Source: Macrostomum lignano
Lineage: Eukaryota
Direction of reading: 5' to 3'
Length of the DNA stretch: 64,000 nt
NCBI GenBank assembly: GCA_002269645.1
Contig: NIVC01000330.1
Location: forward strand, 369,313-433,312
Part shown: positions 13,415 to 25,744 of the stretch, one piece after another
How positions within the stretch are numbered: position 1 is the first letter of the stretch
Layout of the letters: each line of letters starts with the position of its first letter
The notes under the pieces: model-generated
Database searches by the model: none
What the model saw: the letters and a program-made list of their open reading frames with translations, nothing else
Told to the model about the DNA's origin: nothing
Made by a program: the position numbers and the translations under genes

Positions 13415-14478
13415 TTTCTGCAAAGAACAGATCATTGTGCTATTGGTCATTGTTTCTGCAAAGAACGGGTCATTGTGCTATTGGTCATTGTTTCTGCAAA
13501 TAACGGGTCATCGTGCTATTGGTCATTGATTCTGCAGAGAATGGGTCATCGTGCTATTGGTCATTGATTCTGCAGAGAATGGGTCATCGTGCTATTGGTC
13601 ATTGATTCTGCAGAGAATGGGTCATTGTGCTATTGGTCATTGATTCTGCAGAGAATGGGTCATTGTGCTATTGGTCATTGTTTCTGCAGAGAATGGGTCA
13701 TTGTGCTATTGGTCATTAATTCTGCAGAGAACGGGTCATTTTGCTATTGGCCACTGATTCTCTAGATAACGGGTCATTGTGCTATTGGTCATTGATTCTG
13801 CAGAGAATGGGTCATCGTGCTATTGGTCATTGTTTCTGCAGAGAATGGGTCATTGTGCTATTGGTAATTGTTTCTGCAGAGAATGAGTCATTGTGCTATT
13901 GGTCATTAATTTTGCAGAGAACGGGTCATTGTGCTATTGGCCACTGATTCTCTAGATAACGGGTCATTGTGTTATTGGTCATTGATAATGCAGAGAACGG
14001 GTCATTGTGCTATTGGTCATTGTTTCTGCAAAGAACGGGTCATTGTGCTATTGGTCATTGTTTCTGCAGAGAATGGGTCATTGTGCTATTGGTCATTGAT
14101 TCTGCAGAGAATGGGTCATTGTGCTATTGGTCATTGATTCTGCAGAGAATGGGTCATTGTGCTATTGGCTACTGATTCTCTAGATAACGGGTCATTGTGC
14201 TATTGGTCATTGATTCTGCAGAGAACGGGTCATTGTGCTATTGGTCATTGATTCTGCAGAGAATGGGTCATTGTGCTATTGGTCATTGATTCTGCAGAGA
14301 ATGGGTCATTGTGCTATTGGCTACTGATTCTCTAGATAACGGGTGATTGTGCTATTGGTCATTGATAATGCAGAGAACGGGTCATTGTGCTATTGGTCAT
14401 TGTTTCTGCAGAGAATGGGTCATTGTGCTATTGGTCATTGATTCTGCAGAGAACGCGTCATTGTGGTATTGGTCATTC
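13415..14478. repeat. 38-bp minisatellite, about 28 copies
   Basis: Unit cattgtgctattggtcattgattctgcagagaatgggt. Confidence 0.95.
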
Positions 14479-15009
14479 GCTCTACTGTGAGGCTTTATCG
14501 GTCATTGGTTTTATAGGAAACGTTAAATGTACTTTGAAGCATTCAATTTTTAGCATGCCTATAACCTCAACACTGAAATTTACAGTGAGATTTGTGTACT
14601 ACCTGCTATTAATACCAATCTATTTTATTTCAAAATAGGTACAAATCCAATAGCTAATCCTGCCAGCTAAAAAAGGCTACATCGGTACATGCTGGTTATT
14701 ACTCTGGGCAATTGGGCATTTATCAGCCGCCACTGCAATGCTTGCATACATACATCTAGTACTAGCGGCCAAACCGAGAGGGGGTCAGAGAACTCACTGG
14801 AAAAAGGCATAGCCGGGCGTCACGCCCCCCCCCCCCGTCATCCAAGCCAGAGCAGCGACTGCATGATTAATTAATTAATTCTGGCTTGCCAAACCCTTGC
14901 GGACTGGCAATAAAGGGATTTTCAGGCCAACGCCGTTTACATTATGCCCTCCATCACCGACTGTACGAGTCCCTAGAGCAGAGATAAAGAGATGAAGAGA
15001 CTTGATCAC

Positions 15010-15320
15010 TGCTGCGGGCGAGATGAGAGTGGAATGGAGATGGAATGGGAGAGAGAAGAAATAGGAGATGAGAGATGACAAAATAGAGGAGATGAGAGAA
15101 GAGATGAGATAGAAGATAAGAGAGAGAAGTAAGGAGACGAGAGGAGATAAGAAAGGTGAGGAGATGAGAGGAGAGAGTTGAGATGAGATGAGAGGAGAGA
15201 AGAGGAGAGGAGAGGGAGGAGAGGGGAGGAGAGGAGATGAGAGGAGAGGAGGGAAGAGGAGAGGGAGGAGAGAGTAGGGGAGAGAAAGGAGAGAAGAAAA
15301 GAGAGAGGAGAGAACTTAGA
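15010..15320. repeat. GA-rich low-complexity tract
   Basis: Polypurine stretch. Confidence 0.8.
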
Positions 15321-15631
15321 AGACACCAACCTTGACCGGATAGAGGCTTGCCGACCCCTGCCTTAGAGACAAGGAATCTGAAAAAAGGCTTAATAGTTTC
15401 TACCTGTTCACCTCCAATAAAAACTATCAAAAATATGAAAAAGAACCCTAGCGAGGCTTTAATTTTTACGGGTGAAAGATTTTTGTGCTTAACGGAGCAT
15501 AATCGTTCAGAAATACTTTTTCTGTAAAGAAAAACTTTTTCTGATTCTTTCAATAAAGAATCTGGGACCTAGCTAGATTCCTGGCTTGAAAATTGCAAGC
15601 CCGAGTGTCATATATAGGCCGCGTGACTCAC

Positions 15632-15805
15632 CTGGCATTTCTCCATGATGCCGCTGTCGTTCATTAATAAAGTATAGGAAGGCTTCAGCAGATCCCAAAG
15701 AGGCTGCTGGCAGTTGTCCGGCGATGGAGAATGATTGTGACGCTGCTGTTTCTGTTGCTGCTGCTGCTGTTGAAGCAGATTGCGCAGTTCCTCCTCTGTG
15801 ACGGC
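15632..15805 (-). CDS. Spectrin-repeat protein, exon 2 (AVTEEELRNLLQQQ...PLWDLLKPSYTLLMNDSGIMEKCQ)
   Basis: acaatag acceptor, GTGAG donor, 174 bp, phase 0 to 0, open frame (different from the frame shown in the ORF track). Confidence 0.68.
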
Positions 15806-16767
15806 CTATTGTTGTTGTGCAAAAATACATTAACAATAATTTACTTATATCAATAGAAATCTGGGCCGAATCAAAGTTACCAGCAGCAATGCCATGGATT
15901 CTATGGCCTAAAGCTTAAAAAAATAATTTGTTCATTTAACGTCTGTCAATAAACTCGTACTTCCTTTGGCATATTGCTACAGATAAACTATGTTTTTGTA
16001 ATTAAAACCACCTGATTAATAAATTACAAAATATGTTTGTAAGCGATGCAAAGGAATTCCAAATTTTGGGGAGTTGCAGTCTTGGAAATGAAGCGTCACA
16101 GGGCCGCTGCACATGTACACCCTGTGTGAGCATGTGCCACCCCCCGTAAATGTGTGCGCGTACGTGCTCAGAGACTATCTATTAGCCTCATCTATTAATA
16201 TTCATAGCAACGATGGTAGCCCAAGCGTCAATCAAAACAGGTAAAAAGAATTGAGAAGTTGAATAATGGATTAAGATATTGATGACTGACAGATTTGAGT
16301 GAGTCAGAATGAAGAACATTATCATGACTCAACTTAAGTAACGCTTGACAGGCCAAGACAGCTCTATAAAGCATTTGAGCATTGCTCTATGATAAGCTTA
16401 CAGCGATTTTGATTGATGCCCCAGACAGGTAAGCACGGCTCTAGGCATCCAACTCAGATCAATGGGAGAACGGCCGACCAAAAAAGCCTCGCTAAGCCTT
16501 CAACACACGCGCCCTTTGGCCTCCCATTTAGCTGGGCAAATAATGACGTAATAAAAGATTTCCAAAAAATGGGGAGAAAATTCCTCAGACTTGATGGCTA
16601 TTACGCAACAAAAAATCCCTAACAAGTTGCCAACTAAATCGATAAGAGTTAATAAGAAGACGACTTAGGGATGGGATTTATCCAGGATGGGCGATGACGC
16701 TTAGAGGCTGATGATTCACGCGGCGCTATTTGCGTATAAATACAATACTTGTGTAACAGTCTTAAAT

Positions 16768-17668
16768 GGCGATTGTAGCAAGAGTGGCTAAGGGCGATTG
16801 TAGCAGGAGTGACTAAGGGCGATTGTAGCAGGAGTGACTAAGGGCGATTGTAGCAAGAGTGGCTAATGGCGATTGTAGCAAGAGTGGCTAAGGGCGATTG
16901 TAGCAAGAGTGGCTAAGGGCGATTGTAGCAGGACTGGCTAAGGGCGATTGTAACAGGAGTGGCTAAGGGCGATTGTAACAGGAGTGGCTAAGGGCGATTG
17001 TAGCAGGAGTGGCTAAGGGCGATTGTAACAGAAGTGGCTAAGGGCGATTGTAACAGGAGTGGCTAAGGGCGATTGTAGCAGGAGTGGCTAAGGGCGATTG
17101 TAACAGAAGTGGCTAAGGGCGATTGTAACAGAAGTGGCTAAGGGCGATTGTAGCAGGAGTGGCTAAGGGTGATTGTAGCAGGACTGGCTAAGGGCGATTG
17201 TAACAAGAGTGACTAAGGGCGATTGTAGCAAGAGTGGCTAATGGCGATTGTAGCAAGAGTGGCTAAGGGCGATTGTAGCAAGAGTGGCTAAGGGCGATTG
17301 TAGCAGGACTGGCTAAGGGCGATTGTAACAAGAGTGGCTAAGGGCGATTGTAACAGGAGTGGCTAAGGGCGATTGTAGCAGGAGTGGCTAAGGGTGATTG
17401 TAGCAGGAGTGGCTAAGGGCGATTGTAGCAGGAGTGGCTAAGGGTGATTTTAGCAGGACTGGCTAAGGGCGATTGTAACAGAAGTGGCTAAGGGCGATTG
17501 TAACAGGAGTGGCTAAGGGCGATTGTAGCAGGAGTGGCTAAGGGCGATTGTAACAGGAGTGGCTAAGGGCGATTGTAACAGGAGTGGCTAAGGGCGATTG
17601 TAGCAGGAGTGGCTAAGGGTGATTGTAGCAGGACTGGCTAAGGGCGATTGTAACAGGAGTGGCTAAGG
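16768..17668. repeat. 25-bp minisatellite, about 36 copies
   Basis: Unit agggcgattgtagcaggagtggcta. Confidence 0.95.
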
Positions 17669-18231
17669 GCAAATCTAAGGAGTGTGTGTATCAAGACTAT
17701 CAGAAGAATGATTAAGGGATTCATTCTCAAGCCAGGAACTGGGCTACCGATGCTAAGCCCCCAGCCTTCGTCGGAAATATGAAATATTTTCATATTGTGA
17801 ATATAAGAACCAGTTAAACAATCTTTATGCACAAGGCGTGCTGTAAGCGCTGCTATGCAGCTTAAAAATATTAAGTCGTCAAGGGCGAAATAAAACGTTG
17901 CTATATCATCCAAACCTTTACAATTAAGGTTAATCAAAAGAAAAAACATTAACCCAAATCAATTGTCAAATTATTAACTGAACAGAAGAAAATGAACACA
18001 AAATAATATAAATTAACAAAAGTCAAAAGTACACAGAAGTAGGCAAACCTTATGGCAGTACTTAATCTCGCTCCGAACTTGTTTAAAATGCACTTTTGTT
18101 AATTAGTAGAAAAGCTACAAAAAAAACAAATTCAAGACATGCTGAGAGGAAATCAAAAACGCTAGAGTAAAATTGATACAATGACGAATTAAAACAAGAG
18201 ACGAGAGAGGAGACGAGAGGAGGAAGGGAGA

Positions 18232-20180
18232 CCCGCCTGGCCCAAACACCCGGTTTTTGTCCGGATTTGGTCCGGAATTGTCCGGTTTTAGCGGTTTTTC
18301 CGGATCAAGCTAAATTTCATCCGGATTTTATCCGGTTGTACAGTCCGGATCAAAATTCGGAGGATCCTCCGGACCAAAACCGGATAAAAAGTTTTTTGCA
18401 AACGTCTTACGTCCGGTTTTTCACCCGGAAATTTATCCGGTCGATTTTCTAACAAAAATTGGACAAAACCCGGAGCATAATCCGGATGACCTCCGGACGA
18501 GAGTAGTTTTTTCGTCCGGAAATTGATCCGGTATTTCTTCCACTCGTTTCTCCACTGTTCGAGACGGATCTAAACGGATCAAATACCGGATTAAATCCCG
18601 CTGGGACGCAACTCCGACATTTTGCAAGCTGTTGGTTCGATTTCGGATCGAAATTAACACGAAATTTACTTTTGGTCCGACTTTTAACCCTTTAGGACAC
18701 GATTTTTGTCGTCCAGAAAGTCGTCTGGCTACAGGTCAGCAGCTGCAAACCCTGGAAAATTGGCCGTAGCCAAAATGTGGCTGGCGAATGCATCTGTCGT
18801 TTACACTCCAGCCGAACTCCACCGAGCGTTCACCCGTTGCGGTGAAACAGCTCGCGAGAAGCTGGGGTACCCGAAGCGTGTCAGAACCAAGCCGGGTGCC
18901 ACAAAACCGGGAACCACCAAGCCGTCCACCACCCAGCTGTCCGACTCTGGCGTACTCGGACATGTTGTCGACATATCGCAGCTGGACGGGAGTGACGACA
19001 TGCTGAACCTAATAGTTCGCAATTAGTAGCAGAAGAATTTTAAGTTCGACTGTTAGGAAACTTCCGTCCGTTTTGGCTGAAATAGGTTGGAGCAAGTTTT
19101 CATAGGAATGCAGCAGTGTTACTCAGTAAAATAATTGCCATCACTGCAATCGATGACCCTCTGCCAACGAGAGGGCAGACTTTGGATGCCAGCTGGCATC
19201 CAACACAGCTTCATTATCCTCTGCATAGAAAAGTATAAAAACGGACAGAACTTTCCTAACAACCCAATAACTAAAAAATAAAATTTTGTGGTCCCCTTTG
19301 GCGTCCGAGGTAGAGCCCTTAATCTGTAGTTAGTCTATATGGTGCTTAATATATTTCTTAATCTGTGGTGGAGCCCCCAATGTCTACTGTTGTAGCGATC
19401 CATGGTGGTTTGTCCTGTGACGGAGGGTGACAGTAAGGAATGTGATCGAGTAGAGGGGAGGTGGGAGATTAGAGGGATGGTGACAGTAGAGAGACTGAGA
19501 GAGTAGAGGGTGAGATGGTTTAGGTGCTTGAGAGAGTAGAGGGTGAGATGGTTTAGGTGCTTGAGAGAGTAGACGATGGTGACATTGTAGGTGGTGACGT
19601 GAGAGGGAACTGGCACTGGCCCTCTGTAAATCGCTGATGTCTATTTGAATTTGAAAAAAATATACGGAATGTATTGATGGAGTGCAAGGAATGGAAGTAT
19701 TTCGCCAGGCGTGAATTTTGAAGCCGGAATAACTGCTCCAGACTGTGTTACGTGTTTCCCATTTTTTCTTCTCTTAGTAATCAAATTTATGCTGCCAAAT
19801 CTATCTCCGCGTCTATCGAGATCCGGCTTTTTATCCGGAAATTCACCCGGCGTTTCATCCACTAAGGAACCGAGTCGCGTTGGTCCGGTTTTTATCCGGA
19901 AATTCACCCGGTATTTCATCCTGCACTGCTGATCCGGATTTGATCCGGTTTGTCGTCCGCATTTACATCCGCTAAAAACCGGAGGGAAACCGGAGATTCT
20001 TTCGGATAAACCCCCGGATCTAGACCCGGATGAAAGTACTCAAAATTCACACTCTCATCCGGAATGTTAACAATTTCTCCGGCTTTCGTCCGGTATTTTA
20101 AATGGGAATTTTATATTACGAGCCGGATGAAAATTCGGAATTGTGCCCGGAGAAATTGCCGGATGATTGGGCCAGGCGGG
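18232..20180. mobile_element. Non-autonomous TIR DNA transposon, CMC/EnSpm-like (CCC...GGG ends, 2-bp TSD)
   Basis: TIR cccgcctggcccaaacacccgg versus the reverse complement of the right end cccgcctggcccaatcatccgg; GA on both flanks; both subterminal regions dense in CCGG/CCGGA motifs. Confidence 0.8.
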
Positions 20181-20617
20181 GAGGGGAGAGCTGAGAAGAG
20201 ACAAACCTTGAGCGGGCTGGATTGCTTTAGTGAATTTTCAAAGGGACCAGAGAGTCGGATTAGGGAGGCTTAGCCGACCGGAGTTTGCCGGCCACTTGCC
20301 CAATAGACACAAGTTTAGTCTTTAAGGAAGGTAGTGGCTGCAAAAAAGCAATATTAAATGCACGCTACCCAATGCTATTGATATCGAAGTTACTATCATA
20401 GACTAAATTTTGATAGAATACTTATGGTTCAGGCAAGGTCTTTTTTAATTCCATGCTCAGATATACAAGACATGTAAATCAGAACTGAAAGTCAATCAGG
20501 TTGATGATAAAAAACGAATCTACAGGACACTGTGATACAAACAGTCGCTTTCCGGGATTGAGAACTCAGGATGCGAGCACCGAGTTTTTTAATAGATATA
20601 ATTTTATTAAATCTCAC

Positions 20618-20759
20618 CTGGTTGGCATCAAATCTGCGTCGCTTATTAGGAGCTGGCGCGAATTCGTCCCTGACAATGATAATCTTAGAAGAGTTAGATG
20701 GAGGCGGCGCAGTCTTTAGGCTGTTTCGACGCTTGCTATTGCTAGTACTGTGCTGCTGC
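20618..20759 (-). CDS. Spectrin-repeat protein, putative exon 1 (QQHSTSNSKRRNSLK...PNKRRRFDANQ); start uncertain
   Basis: GTGAG donor in phase 0 matching the next exon; could begin at an in-frame ATG about 25 nt upstream (MPVTCTHRRQQ) or at the cgcag acceptor. Confidence 0.5.
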
Positions 20760-21046
20760 CTGCGGTGCGTGCAAGTGACTGGCATAATTCTGTTGAAATA
20801 TTCCACTATTTTTTAACTAGACGGCTGCACTCATAGCAGTTCGATTGTTCTTTAATTAGTAGACCTGAAAATGTGCAACAACAGTTATATGCTATACAAT
20901 TTAACAGTAACTGTTAGTGACAGTGAAACTATTGCAATAAACAAAGCTATGCATACAAAATGATATCTCATTATAATTATTTGACTTGCAATATCATAAA
21001 GCACATCTTATTATGAAAAACTGGCTTTTTAATATATATAACTATA

Positions 21047-22583
21047 CGAAGGGCACTGCAAAAGTTTTTAGCCACAAATCAGCTGTTTGTCCAATCAGCT
21101 TCATTTTTTTTCACAGGCTTACATGCCAATACAAATGACCATGACGGATAAAACTTCACGCAAATATCTTGCAGCCTTCAGCTGCTGGACCAGATAACTT
21201 CAGCACCTCTGCCCACTTTCCAGCAGAGCTCGTAGAACTTTCGTGCTATGACCTTTTATGACTATCGCAGCGGCCTTGATTGCCGCCAGTGCCACGAAAG
21301 GCTGTCAGCCACTGGCGGCGCAGGGGGGGGGCACCTGCCCCGGGTGACCACAGGTCATTGCCTCAAGGGGTGACCACCCCACCATCCCCACGGCCCTGAA
21401 AAGACCCTAGGAAGGGAAGGCAGATGGTCACCCCCTGCTATGCAACTTGCACTTGCATCAATGATTAAAAATGCATTTTTATAAGAATTTTTGTGTTGTA
21501 CAATCGTTTTGTTAATTTGTTCGTAATTTTTTACTTTCTTTGAAAATTTGTGTTCTAATTCAAATGTTTTTATTTGTTTAATTACGATTGGTAGGGGAAG
21601 GGGGGCGACAACCTAACTACTGCCCCCCCCCCCAACCGGAGATACTGCGCCGCCACTGCTGTCAGCGGCTTTCGCAGAAGCTGCTTCATCGCCTACGACC
21701 GTCAGCAACAGGTTCCGTGAGTTTCGTCGTGGCTGAGACACGATGGAAGATGAGAAGCGTACAGACCGACCTTCAACTCCCACGACACCAGAAACAGTGG
21801 TTAGTGTCCGCCAGCTGGTAGAAGCTGACAGGCGGATAACCTACAAGGAGATCAAGACATTCATTCGCCGACAATCGCTAAAAATCTTTACCACCACATT
21901 GGCTTGTGCAAGCTGATCAGTAGCTGGGTGCCCCACCTGCTGCAGCCTGAACAGAAATATGCCAGTGTCGATTGGTGCCACCAGATGCTACAGAAGTACA
22001 GTGATGGAGCATCGAAAAGCGGTCGCCAACATTGTGACAGGCGACGAGACTTGAATGTACTGCTATGAGACAGAGCGCAAGTGCAAGTCGCAGGTGTGGG
22101 CGTTTCCAGATGAGGTGCTACCATGCCAACAAAGGTCGTGCAAGGCAGGAGCACCAGCAAGCAGATGGTTGCAACTTTTTTGCATTGCTCAGGTCACAGG
22201 GCAACTGTGCAGCTGCTAGACTAGTGCTCCTAGTATACTGGCCTAGTATAATGGCATCTGGTTGCCACAGGTCATCCACAGCCTGAGCAAGACATATCTA
22301 AAGTCCAGTGTCCAAGGCCTCAGGACAATGGGAGTACTCACATGGCTCAGGCAACATGGCCATTCCTGCAGACCTAGGGACTGCAGCTGACCAGTCAACC
22401 CCTATACTCTTGGCACTGACTTTTTTGTGCTCCCTAAAGTCAAAGACTCCCTATGTGACTAGAATTTTTTTACTGCAGAGGCTATTGATGCATTCCATGA
22501 GATAGAAAAGGGTTGTCGACATCTACGTGGCAGCTTAGCTGCTTCCATTCAGATATAGCTAAAAACTTTTGCAGCACCCCTTG
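21047..22583 (+). mobile_element. Decayed mariner (DD34D-type) transposon
   Basis: TA-flanked imperfect TIRs (tacgaagggcactgcaaaagttttt / tacaaggggtgctgcaaaagttttt); transposase remnants WVPHLL and IVTGDET with stops and frameshifts. Confidence 0.85.
21310..21658. mobile_element. hAT-type MITE nested in the mariner
   Basis: TIR CA(C/G)TGGCGGCGCAG; perfect 8-bp TSD CTGTCAGC at 21302-21309 and 21659-21666. Confidence 0.85.
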
Positions 22584-23972
22584 TAGTTTATTGTTTATTT
22601 TAAAAAAATCATACTGTTTGCCAACAAAAAAGTGGCAAACAAAATGACTATGCATCCTATTATATACCATAGAGGAATTTTTAGACTTTCTAATCTGATA
22701 ATAGATAAGTCTTAATGACTATAGCAACAATATCTAAGACAATAATATATCTCTATATTCGTAAGATATAAACATTGATTTTAGGTAAATAACTCTCATT
22801 TCTTCCTACTAGGCCATAGTCAGGATCATATTATACATATATATACACTAGAATTTAGCTAAAGCATTTAAATTTGCACTAGATAGGTATGTCAAGCAAA
22901 ATACAATAGTTTACGAAGTATACTAATAGTAATAGACAGTCTAAATTATCTTAGCCATCCTCCTAGGGCTTAGCTGAATCTATATAAATACAACTTGATA
23001 GGAAGATAAATTACTAAAAGTAAAAAGTTTTCTATGAAACAATTATTATCATTAATATTATATACTGTATATTTATAAAATATTAGCAAAAACATTGTCT
23101 AATTATATGTTCTATAACTTTATATATATTTTTTACTAAAATTTTAAATAAATAAAATATAAAAACTGAATATTTTATAGTGCAAATGTGATTTCTAACT
23201 TAACTTAAACTTTAACTTAATATAACTTTTGTTATGTTTAAACAAACAATAAATGGATAGCATAGACTTTTTAAGTCTAGAATATTTGCACATTAATACA
23301 CTATATAGTATATACTACATTGGTTTATACCAACCTATATGCTATGAGACTTGAAAATTATACACCAAGTATATACTAATGATCAATATGCCCTAGAAAT
23401 TTTGAATGCATATAACATGATCTTTAGAGTTGAGAATGGTTTTTAGTCTATTGCTTATATTAGCATTAGAATCTCTAGAATCTATCTATTAGACCCTTTA
23501 TACCTTTTGATAAAGTCCACAATGTAGATATGATCTGACCTCTAGCAAGTGATATAGCACTATATTCCAGATCATTTTGGGTGCATGCCTAAACTAAAAT
23601 TGAAGAGTTACAAATGTATACCAAAAAAATTTAATATATGCCTTTAATTTAATTTAGGCATGTTGCAACAATAAATGACCCTTTTTGCATTGTATAAAGA
23701 ACCCTTTTTGGCTACTTATTTATCTATATTATTTATAACAAAAAATTGATATGCACAAAATTTTGTTTAAACATATTATTGATAAGCCTAAAAGCCAAAA
23801 AGTTTGAAATTTATGCTAAAATATGAATATTTTCAATCTTTTTACATGATGCTATGAAGTGCATGCCAGGTATACATGCATACTATTTTCTTAAGAGTTA
23901 TGCATACCAATTGTGTAGCCTAAATTTAAATGTGCAAGGCCAATGCACACCTAAATTTTTAGATATATACTA

Positions 23973-24577
23973 CAAGGGGTGTTTCAAAAGTAACGATAAT
24001 TTTGTTACAAATTTTGATTATATAAATGTATGGACCTGAAATTTTCACCCAATAATTTTACACATATAAACAACTAATAGCTTTATTTAAAGCCTTATAT
24101 AGCTGCACACAACTGTGTAATCATAAATGAAACATTGTGCCTCAAAATTTTAAATTATGATTTTTGTCTATGGCAAAAATAACCAAGTTTGAATGTGTTC
24201 ATCAAGTAAAAAATCTGGCATTAACCAGGAATGCCATGCAGCTCAAAACTGCAAGATTATTCCTAAGTAACTTTGCCCATAGAAAGCAGAAGGAGTGGGT
24301 CCTTATTAGAAGTAGCCAAATTTAGTAGCAAAAGTTGAAAAGCCTTCAAATTTTAAACTTTTTGAGTCTTTTAGCCATAGACAAAAATCATAATCTTCAA
24401 TCTCAAAGCATGGACTTTCATTTTCAATTACACAGTTGCATTCAGCTATATAAGGCTTTAAATATGAAGCTAATAGTTGTTTATGTGTGTAAAATTATTG
24501 GATGAAAATTTTAGGTTCATATGTTTATCTAATCAAAAGTTAGAACAAAATTCTTGTTACTTTTGAAACACCCCTCA
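23973..24577. mobile_element. Tc1/mariner-type MITE with about 200-bp imperfect TIRs
   Basis: TA|caaggggtgtttcaaaagtaac... mirrored by ...gttacttttgaaacacccctca|ta; the inverted match extends about 200 bp inward. Confidence 0.75.
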
Positions 24578-25744
24578 TACATGATCAAGTCTATCTGGAG
24601 TGTGGATATAGCATGCAAAGTAAAAACATTTGTGTATACATAGTATATACTTTTTTATACTTATGACTCATGATAATTAAATAAAAGAAAAAAATACATT
24701 TTTAGCTTCAAAAAGAAATGATTAAAATATGATTTCTATAACTAGAAATGATTAGTTATAGCGGCCTAATAGAAAAATATTAAGGCTCTTTGGCACTTTG
24801 GCAACAAGACATTAGGCCAAAATGTCTCCCTTTTTATTGCCAATAAAGCAATTATGGTTGCCAAAAAAATTTATTGTCCCAAAATTGTCACTGAAGTGTC
24901 CATTGCTAAAGTGTCTTTTTGCCAAAGTGACTGGTAGCCATATATTAAAATGCAGAGAGGAAGCCCCTTAATGTAATTTTGTTATGCTTAAACATATAAT
25001 TAATTACAGTATAATTTTTATTAGATATCATAAAGTCAGGCCCGAACCTGTCGATATGTGGACTGCCTGCTATGCAACGCTGGGGCGCCCAACACTGCCA
25101 ATGGAGCTGACTTTGTTCACTCCTAAGCTATCTGACATACCTTGCTCTAACTGTGACTGCATGCGGGGTAGCATATTTAGTTGTTGTTGTTGTTAGATAT
25201 CAGACAGTGAGACAGGAGCTAGAGTATCTAAAAACATGTCTAATGAACAGGGTTCCAATAATGCTGCTTTCTTAAGCAACTAAACTAAGCAATTAGACTA
25301 CAGGTTAAAAGGGCAACAGATCAAAAAGGCAATAGTCAGAAGGGTGAAAGTCAAAAGGGCAACACTCATAATATATTTATTACAATTACCAGTTCACATG
25401 TGTTAGACTTCTATATGTTTAAAATATATTTGTTAAAATGTACAAGTAGTTAAAATTAGGCCTCAAGACTTGTGTGTGTATATTTGTTAACTTTGTTAAA
25501 ATTTACAAGTAGCAATAGTATGAAATTGCAATCTATTTTATGATTCCTAGCTGACTATTGAAAAGATTTTTGAATATCAATAGACCTATAAGAAAGGCAG
25601 AATATATTGAAAGATGAGCATTTACTCTTTGAGTCTAGACTAAAAGCAATAGCAATTTTCTCTGCTAAAATGATTAATGAAAAATGGGCAATTTTCTAGT
25701 TTTTTTCATTAAATTATTTTGACTCCAGAAAAGTAATCTATGAA

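Noticed and set aside
25020-25200. GC-richer island with a GTATG donor-like site, a possible upstream exon
   Set aside because: The phase does not match the next exon and there is no convincing reading frame.
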